DNA of 64,000 nt, taken from Thraustochytrium aureum (Eukaryota). Below, piece by piece: positions 1-9,396 of this stretch. Made by a program: the position numbers and the translations under genes. The first letter of the stretch is position 1. Each line of letters opens with the position of its first letter. The notes below the pieces were generated by a model. That model had not been told where the DNA came from and made no database searches. It saw nothing but the letters and a program-made list of their open reading frames with translations. Location of the stretch: positions 344,817-408,816 of the forward strand of contig BLSG01000411.1 in the NCBI GenBank assembly GCA_012862495.1, written 5' to 3'.

Positions 1-260
1 GCCTCTTGATGCGGTGCATCCTCCTCATCAGAGTACGTAAAGTACGTGAGTAAGAACGGTGAATCTGAAACAAAACGCTTTTGTATCTCTGCCAGATTCG
101 AGCGAACGAACAAAAGGAAGCAGAGGAACACGAACACACACACGCCATTTTGCCTCTCTAGGAGCCAGGAGAGCGTGGGACAAAGGTGTGCGAACTCGAC
201 GTGAGCAACGTTCCATTTGTCGCCGGGAACAACGAGCCGCTTCCGAACGCCGAGGTCCAT
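1..260 (-). CDS. Possible 5' part of a gene running off the window start (hypothetical)
   Basis: Minus frame from ATG at 260 (MDLGVRKRLVVPGDKWNVAHVEF...) has no stop before base 1 (...SPFLLTYFTYSDEEDAPHQE). A T-rich middle part ending TTTCAG could be an intron. Not in the ORF track because it is open-ended. No homology recognised. Confidence 0.3.
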   Translation of the reverse strand, partial: MDLGVRKRLVVPGDKWNVAHVEFAHLCPTLSWLLERQNGVCVFVFLCFLLFVRSNLAEIQKRFVSDSPFLLTYFTYSDEEDAPHQE

Positions 261-546
261 TCTGGTAGCGCCGAGCAGTTTGCTAGCGAGGCCGCCGCGT
301 GCACGGACGAGCATGCGCGAGGGGCGGAAGGAGCCCGCGACCTGGCCACCCGAGGCAGCGGCGGACTCGCGCTGGGAGACCCGCAAACCGCGCATGCGCT
401 GAAACGGCCGGCGAACTCGCACCTGCTGGCCCCGTCGCGCTGTCGCCAGCGTCGCGAGGGAAGCTCAAGCTTGGCGTCCGTTGATTCGCTGGCGCCGGAG
501 TCCCTTCGCTCTCGCGCGCTTTTGACGGACCCGACCGAGCTGGACC

Positions 547-1590
547 ATGGTCGCCTTCGCCGGGCTTGCCAGGCAAGTGGCCAACCTCCGGTTCAAGGAC
601 CTCAGCGTCCGCGAGTTTGTCAAGCACCTGACTCCAGTAGTGGTCGAGGAGCATGACCAAGCCGTGACGCTCGAGGCGCAGTCCAACATGGACTTTGGCT
701 GGGGCCGCCTGTTTGGCGGCCAACCCATGGGACAAGCACTCGCAGCCGCAAGCGCAACCGTGCCGCCTCATCAGAATGCCAACTCGTTCAGCTGCAAGTT
801 CCTGCGCGAGGGCTACCTCGACAGCGCGGTCCGTTTTCAGGTCGAGAAGGTGCGGGACGGCCGGAGCTTTGCGACTCGCCGAGTGCGCGCGTTTCAGCCG
901 CACGGCGACATCCTTGACATGCTGGTGAGCTTCCACGTCCAGGAAGACGGCTTTGACCACCAACTGCGGCGGCCGTCGGTCGGCGCCAAAGGTTCCTGCC
1001 CCGTCGGCCCCAATCGGCAACGGCTCGAGCTCTTCGCAGAGCAGCGCGGGCGCACGCTCGACCAGATTATGCCCAAGGTCTTGCAGGACGTGTTTCTCGA
1101 CGAGACGCAGCCCGTGCTTTTGCGGCCGCGTACCCTTATCGACGTTTCAGGCTACGACGAGGCTATGCCTCCAGAGCAGGGCAACTGGCTGCGGGCCAAC
1201 GACGACTATGCCCAAGCGGTGGCCGAGGCCGCGCAGGGTGACCAGGCGACAGGCAGACCCCCCCTCACCGAGGTGCAGGTCAGCCAGTCGATGCTTGCTT
1301 TCTCGAGCGACTTTTCGTTTCTGGGGACTTCGCTCCTTCCGCACGGCAAGAGCGTGTGGAACCCATCCATCCAGCCTGCGACGCTCTCGCACACCATGTT
1401 TTTCCACCGCCCCGTTTGTTTGAGTTCGTGGCACTTATTCGAAATGGAGTCCCCCTCGGCTTCCAACGCTCGCGGGTTCGTCCGCGGGGAGATATTTGAC
1501 TGTGCTTCCGGGGACCTGGTTGCGTCAGCGATGCAAGAAGGCCTCATTCGCCCTCGCAAATTCAAGCCCAAGGCCAACAAGGTGTCGCCG
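547..1590 (+). CDS. Acyl-CoA thioesterase II (TesB/ACOT8 family), 3' end in gap
   Basis: Double hot-dog motifs GRLFGGQPMGQAL, NSFSCKFLREG, VRDGRSFATRRVRAFQ, SFHVQEDGFDHQ, LAFSSDF, TLSHTMFFH, ARGFVRG and LVASAMQEGLIR. Confidence 0.93.
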
Positions 1591-2074
1591 NNNNNNNNNN
1601 NNNNNNNNNNNNNNNNNNNNNNNNNNNNNNNNNNNNNNNNNNNNNNNNNNNNNNNNNNNNNNNNNNNNNNNNNNNNNNNNNNNNNNNNNNNNNNNNNNNN
1701 NNNNNNNNNNNNNNNNNNNNNNNNNNNNNNNNNNNNNNNNNNNNNNNNNNNNNNNNNNNNNNNNNNNNNNNNNNNNNNNNNNNNNNNNNNNNNNNNNNNN
1801 NNNNNNNNNNNNNNNNNNNNNNNNNNNNNNNNNNNNNNNNNNNNNNNNNNNNNNNNNNNNNNNNNNNNNNNNNNNNNNNNNNNNNNNNNNNNNNNNNNNN
1901 NNNNNNNNNNNNNNNNNNNNNNNNNNNNNNNNNNNNNNNNNNNNNNNNNCCCAGCCGCTTAGCGCTGCTCTGCTGCCGGCTAGCAAGCAGCTGCCCGTTA
2001 GTCCCCCGCGCCCCCGTCCTTAGGAAGGGGGTGCCTGGCATTCGAACACATCAATTCCAAGGTTCGCTTCTCAT

Positions 2075-2876
2075 TCACGCTGGGACCAGCGCTAGGTACA
2101 AAAACAAGTCAGCGTGCGCCAGCTTGAGGTACAAGTGCGCCACGCAAGCGTCGAGCGGGACCTCAACCCCCTGGCACACCACCCTCGCAGCGCGCGAGTC
2201 TAAGAGCTGGCAAGCGCCCTCCAACGCCTGCTCTAGCGCGCTGGCCACCGTAGTCGCGGCGCCCTCGCCGTCCAAAGAGATTGCGAGCTGGCGCACGACG
2301 AGGCGCTCGTGGAAGGGGGGCTCGCTCGCTTGCGCCGAAACCGATTCTGCAAATACAATGCGCACCGGGCAAGCGCGCGGCGAAAACCCCTGCATCCGCT
2401 GCAGAACTGTCCAATACTGGTCCACATTCCCGCTCGCGACGCCGTCCCAGAGCTGCTTGTCGTCGCCGTCGCGAAACTCTGTGAACGGGAGCCGCGAAGC
2501 GTACCGCAGAAACATGCCCTGCTTGAACCAGTGCAAGAATGAGCGCTGCAGCTCGTCCACGCTCGGCATCGGCAAGAGCTTGCCCTCCCCGGCCGCCGGC
2601 ATCCCAAAGTGCACCACAACCCGCAGAGGCGGCTCGCCAGCGCCCCCAAACACGTCCGCCAGAACGCCCGCGGGCACTTGCCAGTTCACCGCGACGCCAT
2701 TGATCGACAACCAGGGTTGCTGCAACGACCGCGGCAGCACAGTCACCTCGCGCAGCCTCGCGACGGCCGCGGCGAGCGCGTGCGCCAGGTAAGTCTGCCT
2801 GCTCACGAACGTGAACACGGGCAACTGGCCGCACTCAAACTCGGTCTCCACGCTCTCCACCAGCACCGCGAGCCCG
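2075..2876 (-). CDS. ATG5: Autophagy protein 5, start in gap
   Basis: VSRQTYL, PWLSINGVAVNWQVPAGVLAD (cf. PLKWHYPIGVLFD), PLRVVVHF, FLHWFKQGMFLRY (contains the Lys expected to receive ATG12), DDKQLWDGV, and C-terminal VVCQGVEVPLD...LAHADLFLYL. Confidence 0.88.
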
Positions 2877-3006
2877 NNNNNNNNNNNNNNNNNNNNNNNN
2901 NNNNNNNNNNNNNNNNNNNNNNNNNNNNNNNNNNNNNNNNNNNNNNNNNNNNNNNNNNNNNNNNNNNNNNNNNNNNNNNNNNNNNNNNNNNNNNNNNNNN
3001 NNNNNG

Positions 3007-5678
3007 CGAGCGCCGACTTGTCGCCGTGCTCGACGTCGTGCTGGATGCGCGACGCAGAGCAGGCTCTGCCAGGTGGACCTGCAGGCGCTGCGGTGCGTGA
3101 GCAAGGCAGTGCATCGCGCTGTCTCGTCCAAGGCGTTTCCGGAGATGGGCCGTGACACGGCGCCAGGAACCTGGTATGTGACGCGCCAGGGCTCGGTTGC
3201 GCCTATCGACGTCCCTTTGCTGCACCCTCTGCTAATCCCGCTGGTTATGCATGGGCATATCAGCGCAGCGCGCGCCGTGGCCCTCCACGGAGCGCGTCTG
3301 TGGTCCGCAAGACCCCCTGGCGCGACGGCCGCGCGACTTGGGAGACGACATGAACGGCCGATGGTCCGCCGTCCGGCAGCTCAACTACGCCTCCCCTCGA
3401 GCCTGGCGTGTGATGTCCACACTCGCAACGGCGCGGTCGTTGCACAAGCTGCGTTGGCTCCTGTCGGCCGGGGCTGTTTGGGCCGGGGCGCTCAGGCTCG
3501 TCAAGCCAAACTGCCTCGCTGACCCCAGCAAGGCCGCCTTTGCGCTGCTCGGGCTCGACGAAGAAAACTCTCCGGCTGCAGATCGACGCGGCGAGGCGTC
3601 GGGCGCGCAGCAAGGCCCTCGCACGCGTAGCTCTTGCGACTGCAGGCTGTGCCAGATGTACACTCTCGCGGGCTCCGCGGACCCCGCGCAGAAACGATCT
3701 CTGCACGCGCAGTGGGACATCTGCATGTGGCTTTTCGATCCATCAAGCGGCGCAAGAGTAGAAACGTTCGCCACTTGCTGGAAAAGTGCGTGGTGAGGAG
3801 GCGCTCGGCTCCTGCTCGCGCCAGCGCGGCTGGCGTGTCGGGCGCTCACGGCCCCGGGGGGGGCTGTCGGGCGACCTTGTGCGCCTGATCGTCAAGACGC
3901 CGCAAGCCAGAGAAGCTCTTGCCGACCACACGTTTGACCTCTGCGAGTTCCTGGCGATGCACAACGACTGTGGGCTCGGCCACGCGAAAGAGCTGCTCAG
4001 CCCCGCCGGGATCCGCGCGCTCAGAGCGGGCTCGATGACAATCGCGCAAGCAGCCAAAGTGCCGCGCCACAGCATACTGCGCTTTTTCGTGCGTCAGCCG
4101 GACGTGGTGCCGCTGGAGGCAGTGCTTGCCATGACTGCGCCATTAGACGACCGCTCCAGGATGCTCACGCGAGTCGCGCGTGCCGTAGTTGTGCACGGCT
4201 TGCCAGACAAGGTTTCGGCAGAGTCTCTTGTCGCGCTTCCGAGCCTCGCAGCGCTAGAGTTTGTGCTCTCCGGGCCGGGCCGCGCGGCCCTCGCCTCCGG
4301 TTCGCTTTCGCTAGACGATTTTGAGGAGCCCTCCGGGCGCGACGCGGACCCTGCGCGGCAGGCTGCCGGTCGACTCGGGGCTGTGTTTAGAAAGCCAAAC
4401 GCTCGGATGCTGCAAGTGGCGTTGAGCTCGGAGGTCGCCGCAGAGGCGCTGCGCAGCGGGCTGTTGACCATTCCGAAGCTGATCCGCAACGTGCAGAACG
4501 TCGAGGTCCTGTCCGCGGTGCTCTCTCCCGTAGGCTTGCGCAAGCTCGGCACTGGCGCCCTCCAGCTCGAGTCTCTCGCGCGGTGCTCGACGGCCTCCGA
4601 CGCCCTCGCTCTGGTGCAAGCAGTTTGGCCAGACTTGCCGCCTCCCCAAGGGCGCCCCAAGCCTGAGCCGTCAGCATTGACCTCTGGCGCTGGGCCGAGC
4701 CTCGATGCCGAGGAGCTGGCGTCCGAAGCGCGCCAAACAACCGTGCTGAAGCCTGGGACGGAGCGAGAACAGCTCATCAGGCAAGTCATCATTCGAAAGC
4801 TGTGCACTCGGTCTCTCGCAGAGTCGATGCTCAAGGCCAACGATTGGAACCTCGACGCAGTTCTGGGCCGTGGCTCGCTCACGTTTGCTGCTGAGGAAGA
4901 CGCGGCGGAGTCAGAGCCGGAATCGAACGCAGCGCCTCTCAGCCCATCGGAGCAACCGCGGACCCTACGAGCCACGGACGCGACGGCGGCCGCCCAGGTG
5001 GAGGCGGCGCTGCCTCCCACGAGCAAGAGGGCGGGCGCGGCCGAGCTTGGCTCGATACTGTCCGGCCCCGGCTTGCAAAGTGATTGGGATGCTGGCTCGG
5101 CGCTTCGGGAGGCAGAGTCGGAGCAGGCGCGGCAGCGCCAGTGCCTGCGCGACTTTTTAAACAACGTCAAGGTTTCATGCGGCTCCGCGGATGCGCGGCG
5201 CGCTCTCGTGGAGGCGAACTGGAACGTCACTCTGGCACTCGAGCGGTTTCATGAGATGGCCAAACGAGCCCGCGAGCGCGCGCGAATGGAGCACGCTGAA
5301 TTCCCGCGCAAGCGCAAGTTTCGCCAAATCGCGCTTGGGGCCTCGGAGGACGAAGGGCTTGGCTGCGGCGACAATCAATCTTGCGCCCTCGACGCAGCCG
5401 TCCTGCGGCAGCAGCGCGCTCTGGCCGGCTACGCCTCAGAAGAGGACCGGGCGGCGCTTGTGTACGGCGGCCCTGAGATGACCGATCCACACGACGATGG
5501 TGGGGCCGACGAGGTTGACTTTGCAGAGGACGATGGAATGCCGAGCTCAGAGCAGCTCTCGACGCTATTGAAGTTTATGGACATAACTGGGGTGGGCGAG
5601 GAGGACCGGGCGGTCTCTGTTTTGCGAATGTGCGGGTGGGACCTCAACCTTGCAGTGCAAACCTTTTTGGCGATGTAA
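3007..5678 (+). CDS. Putative F-box-like / helical-repeat / triple UBA-like domain protein; start in gap, exon model uncertain
   Basis: DLQALRCVSKAVHRAV (F-box-like) at ~3076-3125. Probable introns at ~3174-3263 (GTATGT..CTAAT..CAG) and ~3786-3824 (GTGCGT..CAG). Main ORF 3786-5678 has three UBA-like motifs: MLKANDWNLDAV, ALVEANWNVTLALERF, and FMDITGV...VLRMCGWDLNLAVQTF. Confidence 0.6.
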
Positions 5679-5745
5679 ATAGACTGAAAGTAGTTTGCCT
5701 CAGTGTGGGGCTTGCACTGCCGGTCCGCGGCATGGCTTCACTTTA

Positions 5746-7147
5746 TCAGAGCTTGGGCGACGGGACGGTCTTGGCTTGGCAGAAATCGTACCTGTTCCCC
5801 GCCGCGTACTCGCGCACAAGAAGGCGGCCCACCNNNNNNNNNNNNNNNNNNNNNNNNNNNNNNNNNNNNNNNNNNNNNNNNNNNNNNNNNNNNNNNNNNN
5901 NNNNNNNNNNNNNNNNNNNNNNNNNNNNNNNNNNNNNNNNNNNNNNNNNNNNCCCCATGCTTTGGCTGCCGAAAGTTCGAGACGGGCGTTGTCGCCAGCG
6001 TCCATCTTTTCCGCCGCGCTGAGCGTGAGCAAGCGCAGGGCGTGAATGTCGCAGTACGAGTCGAACACGTGCTGTTGCATGAGCTGCATGGACCCAAGCA
6101 TTGCACCGCCGCGCACCTTGCGCTCAGTGAGCCGCGTGCACATGAGGTCGAAGGCGCGCTGGCACTGGCCGAGCCTGCGGGGTGCGCCTCGTGTTAGGAG
6201 CCAGCCAGCCAGCCAAACGGCGCGAAAGCAAGCGAGCGAGAGAATTTGCAGCCGGCCAAGGAAGGCGGGCGTGCAAAAGAAAGCTGCAAAGGACAAGCTG
6301 AAAGAACTGACCAGCGTTGGCAATGGTACAGGCGGCCCGGTCCAAGGCGCTCCTGGGCAATCAAAAACCCCGCACCGCGCTGTCCAAGCAAGTTCCCGAG
6401 AGGGACGCGGACGTTGTCGTAGACGACTTGGGAGTGGTCGGCCCCGTGCGCTCCGAGCACATGAGTCGACCGCACGATCGTGTACCCAGGTGTGCTGGTC
6501 GGGACCAAGATGATCGAGAAGGCGGCGTGGGCGGGCACGTCTGGGCCGAATTCCGTGCGCACCATCACACAGGTAAACTCTGCGTTGGCCGCGTTGCTGG
6601 TCCACCATTTGACGCCGTTGATGACCCACTCGCCGGTGGCCTCGTCGACGCGAGCCGCCGTCTTGAGCTGCGTCGGGTCGCTGCTCGTCACGTCAGGCTC
6701 GGTCATTGCAAACGAGGGGTAGATCTCTGCGCTGACGATGCGGTCCAGGTACTTTTCCCGAAGCGCAGGCGATGCATGCCTGTGCAGCATGAGGCTGTCC
6801 TGGAGCGAGTGCGTGCCCAGCACGAGCGGCGCCAGCTCGCTGCGTCCTTGCACTTCGTTCACGTGCAGGTAGTCCTTCATGGGCATACCCTGGCCGCCAA
6901 TCTCCTTCGGGTGGCCGAGCGCCCAGAGCCCGGCGGCCTTGGCCTCGTTCTGAAGTTGCTTGAGCGCTTTCGCGGCCTCGGACGTGCCCTCGCGCAGCCC
7001 GCCGACGCCCATGCCGCCTCCGTGCGCGCCCATGCTCTCGAGCTTGTGCTCAAGGTCGTACACGCGGGTCTCCACAAACTCGAGCACTTTATTCCGAACA
7101 GGTGCAACGTGCGCGGGCACCACAAGCCTTGCTCCTTGCGCATCCAT
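5746..7147 (-). CDS. Acyl-CoA dehydrogenase (ACAD10/11 / FadE-like), spliced, with internal gap
   Basis: AKAAGLWAL, FAMTEPDVTSSDP, INGVKWWTS, GFLIAQERLGPGRLYHCQRW. Intron 6311-6175 (GTCAGT..CCTAAC..CAG) joins to LGQCQRAFDLMC. After the gap the protein ends VGRLLVREY...PSPKL*. Confidence 0.93.
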
Positions 7148-7209
7148 TGTGCGATTTTGTTTTTCTTGATCTCAAACCCAATCAATCCAAAAACAACAAC
7201 TTGGCCTTC

Positions 7210-7355
7210 CGTCGTCGTCCTGTCCGTGGCGTTGCCTTCGTCTTCTTCTTCGTCTTCTTCTTCGTCTTCTTCTTCGTCTTCTTCTTCGTCTTCAGCGGCC
7301 TGGTCGTCCGTCGCGGTCGTCGTGGTCGTCCGTCGTGGTCGTGCGTCGTGGTCGT
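7210..7355. repeat. (TCT/TCG/GTC)n trinucleotide microsatellite in the divergent promoter region
   Basis: Runs of tcttcttcttcg followed by gtcgtg repeats. Confidence 0.85.
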
Positions 7356-7831
7356 GCGCGGCCCAGGCGAGCCGACGCCCCTGCTTGAACCTTTTCGTCC
7401 GCTTCTCGCTGTTGCTTGCTCTCGCTTCGGCCCTCGTCCTTTCTGGCGTTCGTTTCGGGCCTGCCAGCGCGAAGATCGACCTGTCCAAGGACCATGTCCG
7501 ACACTTTCGAGTCCTCTGCTCGAAACCCTCATGATGGGTTGGGTTGGCTCAACTGTTGGCGACTCGGAGTTGTCGCGATGCGCACCCACACCTTCGACGA
7601 GGACTGCAGGCGAGCTCGANNNNNNNNNNNNNNNNNNNNNNNNNNNNNNNNNNNNNNNNNNNNNNNNNNNNNNNNNNNNNNNNNNNNNNNNNNNNNNNNN
7701 NNNNNNNNNNNNNNNNNNNNNNNNNNNNNNNNNNNNNNNNNNNNNNNNNNNNNNNNNNNNNNNNNNNNNNNNNNNNNNNNNNNNNNNNNNNNNNNNNNNN
7801 NNNNNNNNNNNNNNNNNNNNNNNNNCGGAGC

Positions 7832-8968
7832 ATGGACGATGGGCTGGCCAAGGCGCTTGTGGTGTACACGGCAGCATGTTTGGGCTTTCGCGCTTTGACG
7901 TTTGAGCACGTCCCGCGACGGGAAGGTGCGGCAACAGTTGTCGGCGTCGCGGCGGTCGCGGTGGCGACCCAGAGGTTTGGCGGCCAAAGGCCGTGGGCGT
8001 GCAAGCTTGCCCTTGCTGCAAGCTTTGGGGCAGTGTGGCTGCGACACATTCGCGGCAAGCGGCCTGGCGCGCTGCTCGACCTCCGAGGCAAAGTTGCTGT
8101 TGTGACGGGCAGCAACAGCGGCATTGGGATCGAGACCGCGCGGAATCTAGCGCGGTGCGGAGCAACGGTTATCATGGCTTGCCGTACGCTGGACACGGCA
8201 GGAGGCGGCGCGCGAGAGCATCATCTCGAGCACCGGAAACCCCAACATCGAAATCCTGCCGCTTGACCTCGGGGAGTTCGCAAAGGTGCGCGAGTTCGCA
8301 GCGGCGCTCGAGGAGCGCTACAGCCGCGTTGACATTTTGGTGCACAATGCCGGGGTCATGCTGCCTGACCGTCGCGAGTCGCGTGACGGGATCGAAATGA
8401 CGCTCCACGTGAATTGCCTCTCGGTTTTCCTGTTGACCTGCTTGCTGGTCCCGATGCTGAGGCGGTCTACAATGGGGGGCGGCCCTCGAGTCACGATTGT
8501 TTCTTCGACGATGCACAAAGTTGCGTGCGCGCGACAAGGCGGCTTCGACTTTGATGATCCCGAGTGCCGCACCCACTACGACATTCTAAAGGCGTACTCG
8601 AACAGCAAGTTGGCGCTCGAAACGCTCAAGGCGGAGCTGGCGCGGCGCGCCCGGGCAGCAGGCGACCCCCTGCAAGTCAACTCGCTCATGCCCGGAACGG
8701 TGATGAGTGGCATTACTCGGAACCTGCCGTGGGTTCTGCGCACGCTCCACCCGCTCCTGTTCAGTCTCAACAAGTCCAACTGGGCAGGAGCGCTTACAAC
8801 AACGTACGTGGCGGCAAGTCCTGCCTTGACGGGCGTCTCTGGCAAATGGTTCGAGCACTGCGCGCAGTGCCCACAACGGCCGTTGTGGCAGACGCCGAGA
8901 GCGGCCGCCTGTTGTGGGCCCTTGCGGAGCGCATGACAGGATTTGCGAGTTCGCAAGTGGGTTTGTAG
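7832..8968 (+). CDS. Short-chain dehydrogenase/reductase (RDH12/WWOX-like) with N-terminal hydrophobic segment; two frameshifts
   Basis: [16 protein letters not shown], then after a shift at ~8200 EAARESI...LPLDLGEF...LVHNAGVM and catalytic YSNSK. After a second shift at ~8870 comes the family-typical tail [17 protein letters not shown]. Confidence 0.88.
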
Positions 8969-9396
8969 TACTAGCTAGAGTACTTCGCTCTCTGCCTGGT
9001 GGGGTGAGGGGGTCGAGCGCTCGGCGTCTCGCGAGCAGAGGGCAGTCAAGCCCACTCCCGCGCAGCCACCCACTGCCTCGAAGCCGTCGCACAGTAGAGC
9101 CTACAACAACTCCTGCTCAACAGAGTGGTCAGAAGAGAACTTTTGTTTTTCCTGTTGTTATGGATGTGATGTGTCCAACGTCGCCAGGGACCCTCTGAGC
9201 GTAGTCAAGTCGCTCCAGTGCCCGCCATCTGCAAAAGCAGAATAACCTTGGTTGTTGTTGGTTTGAAGTGGCGCAGACCATGTCCGAGGGACACACGCGC
9301 AGCCGGCACCCGCCTATCCTTCTCGGAGCGGCGAAGGCGCCAATGCGCGGTTCGGTGAAAAGTGAAAAGCCGCAGTTCTCACGCATCCGCGCGGAA

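Noticed and set aside
8184..8201. Tiny GT..AG intron to explain the SDR frameshift
   Set aside because: GTACGCTGGACACGGCAG is 18 nt, a multiple of three, so removing it does not restore the frame and would delete conserved residues.
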